A stretch of DNA of 64,000 bases from Anaerolineales bacterium (GTDB lineage Bacteria; Chloroflexota; Anaerolineae; Anaerolineales; RBG-16-64-43). Each line of letters opens with the position of its first letter. The stretch's first letter is position 1. The position numbers were made by a program, and so were the translations under genes. The stretch lies in contig JBEKXU010000007.1 in the NCBI GenBank assembly GCA_049511715.1, positions 94,592 to 158,591 of the forward strand, given 5' to 3'. The notes below the pieces were generated by a model. The model saw nothing but the letters and a program-made list of their open reading frames with translations. It ran no database searches and was not told the DNA's origin. Positions 31,073-41,106 of the stretch are shown here, in pieces.

Positions 31073-33570
31073 CAGGATACCTCTCCTTGTCCGGGTTTCC
31101 AGAGCGCGGCGAGGCGTTCGGCCATCAACTGGTGCTCCGGGCGCCTCAGCTCCGGATCCTCCCGGAAGACTTGTTGTGCCGCGGATCGAGCCAATTCGAC
31201 CAGGTGCAAGTCCGTCAACTTCGCCATGCGCAGGTCCGCGAAGCCGGATTGCCGGGTCCCGAGGAACTCGCCCGGCCCGCGCTGGTCCAAGTCGTGCTCG
31301 GCAAGCGCGAACCCGTCGGAGGTTTCTTCCATTGCCTTGAGACGCTCATTATCGGCCGCGTCCTCCGTTTCAGCCACCAAGAGACAATAGGCTGGGTCGG
31401 CCCCCCGTCCCACCCGTCCGCGAAACTGATGGAGTTGCGCAAGCCCAAAGCGGTCGGCCCCTTCCACCATGATCACGGTGGCATTGGGGATATCCACGCC
31501 CAGTTCCACCACGGAGGTGCTCACAAGCACGTCCAACTCATGCTGTCGGAACTCCTCCATCACAGTCTCTTTTTCTTCCGCTTTCATCTTTCCATGAAGG
31601 AGCCCAAGGCGCCAGCGTGGAAACACCTGCTTCCGCAGGCGTTCGTGCTCCTCTACGGCGGCCGTAGCCTCTACCGATTCCGATTCTTCCACCAGGGGAC
31701 AGATCACGAAGGCTTGGCGCCCCTTTTCGAGTTGGCGGGCGATGAAACCGTAGGCGCGGTCCCGCTCACCGGAGAGCATGACGCGCGTTGTCACCGGTTG
31801 GCGCCCAGGGGGCTTTTCGTCCAGGAGGGAGAGATCCAGGTCCCCGTAGATGGTGAGGGCCAGGCTTCGAGGAATCGGAGTGGCCGTCATCACCAGCAGG
31901 TGGGGCGTGGTGCCCTTGGATCGCAAGGCGGACCGCTGGGCCACCCCAAAGCGATGCTGTTCATCCACCACGGCCAAGGCGAGGTTGGCGAATCTTACGC
32001 CGGGCTCGAGCAGGGCATGCGTCCCGATAAGGATCCGAATCGTTCCCGAGGCCGCCCCTGCGCGGATGCGCTCCTTCTCTGCCTCGGGAGTAGCACCGAG
32101 CAGCAGTTGAACTTCCTGGGACGAATAGGGGCGAGGCAGAAGCGGATCGGCGTCGCCACCGTTTGCGCAAAGCAGAGAGAGAAAGGTGTGGTGGTGCTGT
32201 TCGGCCAGGATGCTGGTGGGGGCCAGAACCGCAACCTGCCCGCCCCCGGAGGCGACCAGGTGGGCCGCCGCCACGGCGACCACGGTTTTTCCGGACCCAA
32301 CGTCTCCCTGCAACAGGCGATTCATGGGCCGCCCCGAGGCCAGGTCCTTTTCAATCTCCCCCAGAGCGGTCTCTTGCGCGTGAGTTAGCGTATATCCCAG
32401 CGATCTCTTCCAGGCATCAAACCCTTCAGGTGAAAAGAACTGTGGCGAGCTGACGGATTGCCAATCGCGCTTTTGCTGCAGGACGCCCAGCTGCAGATAA
32501 AAGAGCTCATCGAAAGCAAGTCTCTTCTGCGCCGAGCGCAGGGCCTCCCAATTCGAAGGAAAGTGCGCTTGCTGGACCGCCTCACCCAGCGGCATCCATC
32601 CGCCTTCCCTCCGAATGGCCTCGGGCAAAGGGTCCGGAAGCCGATTCGACCAGAAGCGGACCGTGCTCTGCATCACATTGCGGAACCACTTCTGGTGGAT
32701 CCCCGAAGTCAGGCCGTAGACCGGAATGATGCCTCGCGTATGAACCTGCTGGCGGTCCAGAGGTTCCCATTCGGGCGAACTCATGGTCAATCGCCCCAGA
32801 TACTGGTCAATCCTCCCAGAAAGAGCCAACATGTCCCCGGGCTTGAGGCGCTGGACCAGCCAGGGTTGGTTAAACCAAGTGACCCTCAGCGATCCGCTCC
32901 CGTCGCTCAAGACCGCTTCGACCAAGCTGCCCTGACCCCCATGGGTCCTGCGCGATTCGATCTTCTCCAGAAGGCCGATGACTGTGACCACCTCGCCGTA
33001 CCAAAGGCGCTGGATCGGCTTGAGGCTGGAGTAGTCATCAAACCTTCGTGGGAAGTCCCAGAGCAGATCCCCCAGAGTGCGCAGGCCAATATGCTCGAGC
33101 CTTCTGGATGTAGCCGGACCGATTCCCTGAATCACCGTTAGTGGAGACTGGAGTGCCTTGAGATCAGCCTCGGCCGATGGGCGCGATGAAACAGCGGAAG
33201 CGGCCGGAGGCGTGACGGCGACGGTGTCGGGTCTGGGAACAGCTGGGCTGACGGTCGGGGGAGATTCCTCCCCTTCGGGGATAGCGGTTGCGGTGGGTTG
33301 CTCTTGCGTTGCGGTTGGCACTGTAGGGAGCCCCAAGCGGTGCCGGATCCCGAGCAGGACTTCCGCACGGGATCCGGCCGGTAAGCGCGCATAGTCCTGC
33401 AGGCGCTTGGCCACGAGTTGAATCAGATCCTCAGACAGCCCGCTCTCTCTGGCCTCTTTCGTCCAGCTGTCGAGGACTTTGTCCAGTCCACCCAGGACAG
33501 CCCGATTGTCGTAATTGCGCTCGGCCTCGAGCCTGAAGAACTTGTCGAGCTTATCCAAGGCAGGATTCAT
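31072..33570 (-). CDS. recG: ATP-dependent DNA helicase RecG with N-terminal extension
   Basis: RLLQGDVGSGKT, DEQHRFG, MTATPIPRSL, GLAQLHQFRGRVGRG, RGPGEFLGTRQSG. Confidence 0.97.
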   Translation of the reverse strand: MNPALDKLDKFFRLEAERNYDNRAVLGGLDKVLDSWTKEARESGLSEDLIQLVAKRLQDYARLPAGSRAEVLLGIRHRLGLPTVPTATQEQPTATAIPEGEESPPTVSPAVPRPDTVAVTPPAASAVSSRPSAEADLKALQSPLTVIQGIGPATSRRLEHIGLRTLGDLLWDFPRRFDDYSSLKPIQRLWYGEVVTVIGLLEKIESRRTHGGQGSLVEAVLSDGSGSLRVTWFNQPWLVQRLKPGDMLALSGRIDQYLGRLTMSSPEWEPLDRQQVHTRGIIPVYGLTSGIHQKWFRNVMQSTVRFWSNRLPDPLPEAIRREGGWMPLGEAVQQAHFPSNWEALRSAQKRLAFDELFYLQLGVLQQKRDWQSVSSPQFFSPEGFDAWKRSLGYTLTHAQETALGEIEKDLASGRPMNRLLQGDVGSGKTVVAVAAAHLVASGGGQVAVLAPTSILAEQHHHTFLSLLCANGGDADPLLPRPYSSQEVQLLLGATPEAEKERIRAGAASGTIRILIGTHALLEPGVRFANLALAVVDEQHRFGVAQRSALRSKGTTPHLLVMTATPIPRSLALTIYGDLDLSLLDEKPPGRQPVTTRVMLSGERDRAYGFIARQLEKGRQAFVICPLVEESESVEATAAVEEHERLRKQVFPRWRLGLLHGKMKAEEKETVMEEFRQHELDVLVSTSVVELGVDIPNATVIMVEGADRFGLAQLHQFRGRVGRGADPAYCLLVAETEDAADNERLKAMEETSDGFALAEHDLDQRGPGEFLGTRQSGFADLRMAKLTDLHLVELARSAAQQVFREDPELRRPEHQLMAERLAALWKPGQGEVS

Positions 33571-33617
33571 TTCGCAGGTCATCCCCGGTCTGAACAGCGC
33601 GGTGTTGCTCTGTGGGC

Positions 33618-34475
33618 TCAATCACGTGAGGACAAAGCGGCCAGCCCCAGGGCGCCCGAGCCCGTGTGCACGCCAATTATCGGCGTGCCCTCGACCACCC
33701 AGGGAACCCGGGCTCCTTCCGTCGGCCACATTCCGGGAGATTTCCGAAGCTCCGCCAGGAGTTCATGGGCTTCGGCTTCGGCATTCACATGGAGTACGGC
33801 CAGCTGGTCGAGGGGAGTCCACGACGCGGCCTGTTTCATCAGCTCTGCCAGAGCCTTGGATCGGGTGCGAAACTGGCCTATTCGTTCCACGGCCCCTCCC
33901 GACAGCGTCACCAGATGCCGGATCTGCAGAAGGTTGCCGAGTTCTGCCTGTAGCCAGTTGATCCTGCCGCTGCGGCGCAAGTTCTCCAGGTGATCAATCA
34001 AGGCAATGAAGCGGACCCGCTGCTTCAGATCACGGAGCAGGTCCAGCAGCGCACCGAGGGAAGCTCCCCGGAGAGCGGCTTTCGCTACGGCCATGACCTG
34101 GAACCCCAAAGCCAGCGATACTTGACCGCTGTGGACGACCTGGATCCGGTCCTGAAAGCGATTCGCAGCCACCCCGGCGGTGTTGTAGATCCCGCTCAGC
34201 CGGGAGCTGATGTGAATGGAGAGAACCTCGGCCGCCCCAGTCATCAACAACTTGGCATACGCAGCTTCAAAAGCCCCCGCGGACGGCGCTGCCGTGGTCG
34301 CCAGAGAGGAGCGAGTGGTCAGTCGCCGATAGCTCTCCGTGCGCACAGGATCGATGCCGTCTTGGAGCCCGCGGCCTCCAACGACGAGGATGGCCGGTAC
34401 CACCTCCACGCCGAGGCGTCCGGCCTCGGCGTCGGGAAGGTCACAGGTGCTGTCCGTCACCAACCCCACGGTCAT
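33618..34475 (-). CDS. DegV-family fatty acid-binding protein (FakB-like)
   Basis: VTDSTCDLP, TTAAPS, HISSRLSG.YN, LRRSGRI, GVHTG. Confidence 0.9.
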   Translation of the reverse strand: MTVGLVTDSTCDLPDAEAGRLGVEVVPAILVVGGRGLQDGIDPVRTESYRRLTTRSSLATTAAPSAGAFEAAYAKLLMTGAAEVLSIHISSRLSGIYNTAGVAANRFQDRIQVVHSGQVSLALGFQVMAVAKAALRGASLGALLDLLRDLKQRVRFIALIDHLENLRRSGRINWLQAELGNLLQIRHLVTLSGGAVERIGQFRTRSKALAELMKQAASWTPLDQLAVLHVNAEAEAHELLAELRKSPGMWPTEGARVPWVVEGTPIIGVHTGSGALGLAALSSRD

Positions 34476-34518
34476 CGCCTGACCCTTCAATGAGCCCCCA
34501 ATTCCCATTGCCTCCTGA

Positions 34519-35382
34519 CTACCGGGCGGGAGAGTCGAAGGCAATCACTCCGATCGCCCGCGGGCCGAGCAGGGCTGCCACGGAGGCTCCCAGCTCGGCC
34601 ACCTGGACACGGCAGGCTGGGAAGAGGTCGTGAATCCGTTCGATCAAAAGCTGGCCGTCCTGTTGCGCCTCCTCCAGCCCCTGCAGGATCACGAGATTGT
34701 GCAGGTTGGAAAACTCACTCACAAACTCGACCAGTTTCTCAACGGCTTGTTCGCGGGTGCGTGCCTTTTCGAGCGGGACGAAAGTCCCGTCCTCCAAAGA
34801 AAGGAAGGGCTTGACGCCCAGCATCTCTCCCAGGAGGACTTGGGCGCGGCTGAGATGTCCAGTTCGTTGCAGGTAGGCTAAGTCCTCGACCAGGAACACC
34901 GCGTAGAGGCGCGGAACCAGGTAACGAACCTGCCTGACGATATCTTCGAGAGTCGCGCCCTCCTCGGCCAATCGTACGGCTTCCTCAATCAACACCCCTA
35001 ATCCCGCGGAAGTCGTCTGCGAGTCGATGACGGCGATGTTGGCTCGCCCCAGCAATTCCTCACTCGCCGCCCGGGCGTTCCGGAACGTGCGGCTCAGCTT
35101 GTCCGACACATGGATGCAGACGATATCCTTCGTGCAGCGAGTCAGGCCCTCCAGAACGGCGGCAAAGGCCTCGACGCTTGGGGAGGCCAAGACCGGCAGG
35201 GTCCCCTGCTGCCGGCTCAGGTCGTAGAGAACCTGCGAGTTGATTTCCGACCCGTCGAGGTAGGATCGAGTTCCCAAATGAATCGTCAGCGGCAGGACCG
35301 CCACGTTGTGCTTCGAGAAAAACTCGGGATTGGGAAGCCAGGCCGAACTGTCCGTCACGATGCGTGCCCTTGACATGCTCAC
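34519..35382 (-). CDS. DegV-family fatty acid-binding protein (FakB-like)
   Basis: IVTDSSA, HVSDKLS, VIDSQTTSAGLG, LGVKPFL. Confidence 0.9.
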   Translation of the reverse strand: MSMSRARIVTDSSAWLPNPEFFSKHNVAVLPLTIHLGTRSYLDGSEINSQVLYDLSRQQGTLPVLASPSVEAFAAVLEGLTRCTKDIVCIHVSDKLSRTFRNARAASEELLGRANIAVIDSQTTSAGLGVLIEEAVRLAEEGATLEDIVRQVRYLVPRLYAVFLVEDLAYLQRTGHLSRAQVLLGEMLGVKPFLSLEDGTFVPLEKARTREQAVEKLVEFVSEFSNLHNLVILQGLEEAQQDGQLLIERIHDLFPACRVQVAELGASVAALLGPRAIGVIAFDSPAR

Positions 35383-35423
35383 AATCGCACCTCTATCCCG
35401 CCATTTGGGTGAACCCAGCGCAC

Positions 35424-37136
35424 CTATTCCAGGGAGAGGATGAGGGGGTAATGGGGCTGGTCCCCCTCGATCAACTCGATTTCCTGCGTGGGATACTTGC
35501 TGCGGATCTTTTCCTCGATCGTCTTGGCCTCCGAGGCGGTCAGATCGCTCCCCCAGTAGAGAGCAATCAATTCACAAGATTGCGCCCGACCATGTTCGAG
35601 AAGCCGCTCGAGAGTCTCTTGAAGAGTCTCGCCGCTGACGGCCAGTTCTCCATTAAGCAACCCGATCATCTGGCCCTCTTTGACTTGCAGACCATTCAGC
35701 TCCACATCCCGGGTGGCCACGGTGATTTCCCCGGTTTGAACGTTCGAGAGAGCTTGAGTCATCGCCTGCGCCACGATCTCCAGCCTTCCCTCGGCGCAGA
35801 AAGCGAGCATGGCGGCAATGCCTTCGGGCACCGTGCCCGAAGGTACGATCATGACCCGCTTGACGGTCAACTCCTTGGCTTGCTGGGCGGTCATGTGCAC
35901 GTTCTTGTTGTTCGGGAGAAGGATAATCTGATCGCTCGGAAGATCCTCGAAGGCCTTCAAGATCTCCTGGGTGCTGGGATTCATAGTCTGCCCGCCAGGC
36001 ACAATGGCCGCGGCCCCAAGCGACGCAAACACGCGGGCCAGACCCTCTCCCGGTGCCACAACCACGGATGCAAGCTGCCCCGGCGCGACCGCGGCCAGGC
36101 GGTAATTCCCCTTGGACTGCTTTCGGTTCGAAAGCGCCGTCTGTTCCAGAAGGTTCTCAATGGAAACCTTGGAGACGCTCCCCAGTTTCATGATGTAGTC
36201 CACAGGACGATAGCGCTTTTCGGTGGGCACGTGAATGTGCATTCGATACAGGTCCTCCCCTTGGCCCACCTGGATGGAGGTCCCCATCTTCTGGAGGTCG
36301 CTGTAGAAGGTCTCCAGGTCCAGAGGACGGTCCGGACGGAAGTCCACCACCACCTCGTAATCCTGACCGGGCTCGACAAGTTCCTCGGCTTCGAGAATCT
36401 GGACCGCCGAAAGCGGCTGGACCGTTGTGGACGGCTGATCCACCGACTCGCCACGCATCACGCGTAGCATCCCCTCGAGAATAAAGAACAGGCCTTTGCC
36501 TCCGGAGTCCACCACACCCGCTTCCCGCAGGACGTACAGGAGCTCGGGTGTGCGCTGGACCGACCGGTCGGCGGCTTCAACGACCTGCTCGAGCATCTGC
36601 AGAGGGGTAGAGTTCTTTGCCTGCGCCTCGTCGGCCGCCTGCGCGGCGTCGCTGGCGACAGTCAGAATCGTGCCCTCCACGGGCCGCACGACCCCTTGAT
36701 AGGCTGTGTCCCTGGCCGCCTTCAGAGCCGACACGATGTCAGAGGAATTCATCCTCGGGCGCTGATCCAGGCTCCGGGAAAAACCGCGCCAGAGCTGGGA
36801 TAAGATCACGCCGGAATTGCCGCGAGCCCCCATCAGCGCCCCCTGAGCGATGGCGTGGGCGACCTTGCCGATGTTTCGTTCGTGCCCATTCGCGATCTCC
36901 CGGCAGGCGGCCTGCATGGTCAGCACCATGTTCGTACCCGTGTCTCCATCGGGCACCGGAAACACGTTCAGCGCATTGACCGTCTGCTGGTTGGCGCTCA
37001 GCCAGGACAGCCCCGCGTTAGCCAGGAGCTTGAGCAGGATCCCGTCCACTTCCCTCAAATCGAATCGGGGACGAGCCGAGAGTCCGCCCTTTCGCTCAGC
37101 CGGGTCGATACCCAAGGAAGAAGGGTATTGGGTCAC
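35424..37136 (-). CDS. fakA: DAK2-domain fatty acid kinase catalytic subunit (FakA/YloV)
   Basis: NALNVFPVPDGDTGTNM, GARGNSGVILSQ, PVEGTILTV, VVDSGG, GGQTMNPS. Confidence 0.93.
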   Translation of the reverse strand: MTQYPSSLGIDPAERKGGLSARPRFDLREVDGILLKLLANAGLSWLSANQQTVNALNVFPVPDGDTGTNMVLTMQAACREIANGHERNIGKVAHAIAQGALMGARGNSGVILSQLWRGFSRSLDQRPRMNSSDIVSALKAARDTAYQGVVRPVEGTILTVASDAAQAADEAQAKNSTPLQMLEQVVEAADRSVQRTPELLYVLREAGVVDSGGKGLFFILEGMLRVMRGESVDQPSTTVQPLSAVQILEAEELVEPGQDYEVVVDFRPDRPLDLETFYSDLQKMGTSIQVGQGEDLYRMHIHVPTEKRYRPVDYIMKLGSVSKVSIENLLEQTALSNRKQSKGNYRLAAVAPGQLASVVVAPGEGLARVFASLGAAAIVPGGQTMNPSTQEILKAFEDLPSDQIILLPNNKNVHMTAQQAKELTVKRVMIVPSGTVPEGIAAMLAFCAEGRLEIVAQAMTQALSNVQTGEITVATRDVELNGLQVKEGQMIGLLNGELAVSGETLQETLERLLEHGRAQSCELIALYWGSDLTASEAKTIEEKIRSKYPTQEIELIEGDQPHYPLILSLE

Positions 37137-37152
37137 GAGTGGTTTCAGCCCA

Positions 37153-37518
37153 TCAGTCTGTGTTGCTCACGCGCAGGCCCTGGACATGAACATTTACCTC
37201 CCGGACGGGCAACCCCAAGGTGTGCTCAATCTGGTAGTGCACGGTGTCGGCTATGCTCCGGGCCACGGTGGCGATACGCGTCCCGTACTCCAGCACGACG
37301 AATAGATCGATACAGATCTCGTCCCCTTCATAGCGTATCTCCACCCCCTGGCGGGGGTCCCGGGCCGGAGCGCGGATGAAACCCTCAAAGTAGCCTCGCG
37401 CGGCCATCCCCACGACTCCGTAGGACTGGAGAGCGGCCTGGCTGGCCAACGACGCAATGGCTCGCCGAGAAATACAGATACTGCCGAGTGGAGCGTTCCC
37501 GCCCGTCGTCATGCCCAC
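37153..37518 (-). CDS. Asp23/Gls24-family protein (YloU-like)
   Basis: G.I.IS...IA......YGVVGM...YG..I...V.Y.IE..LG..V..VNVHVQG; located between rpmB and fakA. Confidence 0.9.
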   Translation of the reverse strand: MGMTTGGNAPLGSICISRRAIASLASQAALQSYGVVGMAARGYFEGFIRAPARDPRQGVEIRYEGDEICIDLFVVLEYGTRIATVARSIADTVHYQIEHTLGLPVREVNVHVQGLRVSNTD

Positions 37519-37619
37519 CTCAGCTCATCCCTGGCTAGAGAACATCTTGCCCCGATCCAACCGCTGTGGTACTATTTGTCCGATCGGCCCAAATAATCCT
37601 GAAATGGAAGGCTATTGCT

Positions 37620-37802
37620 ATGGCGAAGTGCGAGAATTGCGGGAAGACTACGACTTTCGGCCACAACCGGAGCTTCTCGAACCGGGCGACGCGCCGCGCG
37701 TTTCGGCCGAACTTGCAAAAGGCGGCAGTTTGGCAAGGGAAGCGTAAGCTACACAAGACCCTTTGCGCAAGATGCCTGCGGACCCTGGTCAAGACGGGCT
37801 GA
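37620..37802 (+). CDS. rpmB: 50S ribosomal protein L28 (zinc-binding form)
   Basis: MAKCENCGK...G.NRSFS...T.R.F.PNLQ...LCARCLRT. Confidence 0.96.
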   Translation: MAKCENCGKTTTFGHNRSFSNRATRRAFRPNLQKAAVWQGKRKLHKTLCARCLRTLVKTG

Positions 37803-37822
37803 AGGAAGGGGCCTTCTCTTGC

Positions 37823-37851
37823 GTCGGTGGCTATGGGACCACCGACTTTTT
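37823..37851 (+). terminator. Intrinsic terminator after rpmB
   Basis: GTCGGTGG...CCACCGAC stem plus TTTTT. Confidence 0.75.
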
Positions 37852-37989
37852 CTTGCCAGCCAAGTCTTCTCCTCCCCTCCTCAACGCTCGGGTAATCATA
37901 CCTGCCCGCGAAGAAAAAAACAATAGCAAGGGACGCCATGGCGGGAGATTCCGGGTCGCAGGGCCGCCAAGAGCCCTCAAAACGCTCCG

Positions 37990-39495
37990 GAATTGGTGGC
38001 CAATTTCCTTGTGTTGACGCCAAGCTCGCCGGCGGAGGCAGGCCTCTTTGTCGCGGCCTGGGCGGGGGGCGGCTTCATCGGGGGTTGCCCGGGGATGGAC
38101 CTCCACTCCAACTCGCGATTCTTCCCGCGGCCATTGGCAGCCTGGGCGCCGAGAGGGAGGCGCCCCTAGGGCGCTGCCCAAATCTTTTCGAACTCTCAAC
38201 ACGCGCGCCATCCCGCCCTGCCAGGGGCGGATCAAAGCTCCCGCAATCTGCCGCATAGGTCCAGGGAGCGCGATCTTGGCTCCCCAGCGTCGGAAGAGCT
38301 CGGCGTGGGCTGGCAAGCGCTGCAGGTTCTGAATTCCTATCCGAATCCGGACCAACTTTCGGTTGGCAGGCAATCCGTGTTCCTGGTCGCTGCGTCCGCA
38401 GCCCCGTGCCCAGATCTCCGGATCCTCCCGGAGGTTAGGGCCGGCTAACTGCCATCCGCTATGCGAATTTGGCGTCATTGCAGTCCAAAGGGAGGCCCTT
38501 GGCCCCCCATGGGAAGATTACGGAGGGCCACGATCTCCTGGAAACGGAGATCGTCCTTTTCGTCCGGCCAGGGTGTCCCGTGAACCTGGTCTTGCTGCTC
38601 TCGTACCGGGATACCAAAGCGGATGGCAACCGGGCGCCATCTCACGGTCCTCTGTCCCGACCAGTTGACGGTCTCTTGGCATGGCAAGAACAGGCGCTAT
38701 CTCCAACATGCCTGGACTGCCAATGATCTCGACCGCGGCGATTGCATCTGGCCAGCCAAAGGGACTACTGGGGCCTCGACGACGGCCAGGTTGTTTGCAG
38801 CGGCCTCGGAATCAGAATTAGATGAGGCGGTCCAACACTTCTCCGGCCTGGTCTTCTCCTGGGTGAGGGGGGCAAATCGCCACTTGGCTATCGGGAACCT
38901 TCACAACTCATGAGAGACCTGAAGGCCCCTTCGATTGGGGACTGACCCCCCGGGTATCAGTCGATCGGTCGTAATCCCTTTTTCATCTCTCTTTTCAACG
39001 GGGTGTAACATGGTGTTCCTTGGGGGACCGACATGGCCCGGGACGATGGCTGGGCCTGTGGGCTGGACTCGGTGCTTTCGCAGGATCTCCGGCGATGCAC
39101 TCCTCCCCCTTGGCGACCTGGCAGGGCGGACCATGCAGTCGTTGTTTGAAGTCACGGGGGCTCAACCGATGGGGATGGCGAAGGGCGGACCGGCATGAGT
39201 CTTCTGACCCGATACGTTGCCACGCAAGACTGGATGGCCGTTGGGAGGTGGGTTAGGGTGGGCGTCCCGCCAGGCTTTATTGTTTTGAGGGCGGGGTTTC
39301 GATCGGAACCGATTTGCATTCGGCTTGCAAGTTCAACGGGGGAGTAGATCGCAGGCGGCTGGCTATTTCCCCCTAACCTGGACGGCTTACGATGGCGAGA
39401 GACTGCCCAGGAATTTGAGGGAGCATATTGCTCGCGGTGGCACGAAGGCGGAAGCACGCGGGCGCAAATGTCTGGACGAGGTCATCACATTCTAG
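37990..39495 (+). pseudogene. Heavily eroded third paralog of the LysM-M23 lipoprotein genes
   Basis: Collinear fragments in shifting frames match the two downstream genes: ELGVGWQALQVLNSYPNPDQLSVG (LysM), LRILPE, YQSGW, YLQHAWTANDLDRG, EAVQHF, YQSIGRNPF, TDGDGEGRTG, EGGVSIGTDLHSACKFNG, RGGTKAEA. Ends at TAG 39495; 5' boundary approximate. Confidence 0.85.
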
Positions 39496-39510
39496 GAAGG
39501 GGTCGGGCAC

Positions 39511-41100
39511 TTGAAATCGGGATTCCACGCGCTTCCAAGGAGTCTGGTGCGCCTAGGGCGGGTAGCCCTCTTGCTAGCCGGGGCGACCCTGGCGTGCTCC
39601 CGTGAAGGTGTTGTCCTGCCTGGGGCCGGCACCCCTCTCCCGACCGTCCTGGTGGAACTCTCCTCCCCCACGGGGACGCTTCCGCCTCCATCGCAGACCG
39701 CAGCCGCTACGCGCGCTGTTGCGACCCTGACTCCCTTGCCAGTCTGGACCCTTCCACCTCTGCCCAGCCCGACCTACCCCGCCACAGCCACGGTCATGGT
39801 GACTGCCCCCGGACCATTGCTCTACGTGGCGCAAGCAGGGGATACCCTGCGGACTGTGGCGATACGCTTTGGGGTCACGCCGCAGGATATTCAGGCCTAT
39901 GCCGGGAAAGTTTCGACTCAGGGACTGCTCAACCCGGGGGAGCAGCTGATCATTCCCTCGCGCCTGGGGAAAACCACCCCGGCCAATCAGCTGGTCCCTG
40001 ACAGCGAAATGGTCTACTCGCCGGCCCTTGCCTCCTTCAATACCTCGGCATTTGCTCGTCAAATGAACGGGTACCTTGTCAGTTACTATGACTCCAGCGA
40101 AGACCTCGGGGACGGGCCGTCCATCCTAGAGGAACTCGCGTTGGACAACTCGATCAGCCCCAAGATTCTGCTGACGCTGATGGAGCAGGGGAGCGGTTGG
40201 GTAACCCAAGCCTCACCCTCCCCAGGTCTCCGGGAATATCCGATGGGCATCCTGGACCCAAACTACAAAGGGCTGGTCTCGCAGCTGGTAGAGGCCACCA
40301 ACCGCCTAAGCATTGGCTACTATGGCTGGAGGGATGCCGGCCTACTTGAAGTTAAGTTTGGGGATGGGACCTCCTTGCGATTGGCACCCAGCCTGAACGC
40401 CGGCACCGTGGCGCTCCAATACTATTTTTCGCTGCAGGCTCCAAACCAGGCCAGTTGGGAGCGCGATTTGCAGCAATTTGTGGCGACCTACAAGAAGTTT
40501 TTCGGCGATCCTTTCGCGAATGTCGATCGGTTCGAGCCTCTTTATTACCCTAATCTGGTCCAGCCGACATTGCAGCTGCCCTTCCTCCCGGGCCAACGCT
40601 GGGCCCTGACCGGAGGCCCACACGGCGCCTGGGAGCTTCAGGGCGCCCAGGCGGCGCTCGATTTCGCCCCGCCCTCCGTGGCCCCGGGTTGCGCCCCTTC
40701 GAGCCTGTGGGTGACGGCGGTTGCTCCCGGCCTAGTGGTGAGAAGCGGAGGAGGTGTCGTAGTTCTTGATCTTGACGGGGATGGGTTGGAGGAAACGGGC
40801 TGGGATATCCTCTATCTTCACATCGCCAGCCAGGGTCGGGTGCCTGTCGGAACGATAGTGGAAACCGGCGAACGCATCGGTCATCCTTCCTGCGAAGGGG
40901 GGATTGCGACGGGAACGCACGTCCACATCGCACGGAAGTTCAACGGGGAGTGGATCGCGGCGGGAGGCGCGCTGCCTTTTGACCTCAGCGGGTGGGTAGC
41001 ACATGCTGGGGGCGCGCCCTACCAGGGGTACCTCCAGCGCGGTAGCGACACGGCGGAGGCGTGTGCTTGCGCCGATTTGCAGTCCCTCGTCTGGCAGTGA
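39511..41100 (+). CDS. LysM and M23 peptidase-domain lipoprotein, catalytic motifs intact
   Basis: Lipobox LLLAGATLAC, Pro/Thr linker, LysM (YVAQAGDTL), GGPH..(A)LDF, YLH, THVH. Confidence 0.88.
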   Translation: MKSGFHALPRSLVRLGRVALLLAGATLACSREGVVLPGAGTPLPTVLVELSSPTGTLPPPSQTAAATRAVATLTPLPVWTLPPLPSPTYPATATVMVTAPGPLLYVAQAGDTLRTVAIRFGVTPQDIQAYAGKVSTQGLLNPGEQLIIPSRLGKTTPANQLVPDSEMVYSPALASFNTSAFARQMNGYLVSYYDSSEDLGDGPSILEELALDNSISPKILLTLMEQGSGWVTQASPSPGLREYPMGILDPNYKGLVSQLVEATNRLSIGYYGWRDAGLLEVKFGDGTSLRLAPSLNAGTVALQYYFSLQAPNQASWERDLQQFVATYKKFFGDPFANVDRFEPLYYPNLVQPTLQLPFLPGQRWALTGGPHGAWELQGAQAALDFAPPSVAPGCAPSSLWVTAVAPGLVVRSGGGVVVLDLDGDGLEETGWDILYLHIASQGRVPVGTIVETGERIGHPSCEGGIATGTHVHIARKFNGEWIAAGGALPFDLSGWVAHAGGAPYQGYLQRGSDTAEACACADLQSLVWQ

Positions 41101-41106
41101 GAGCCA

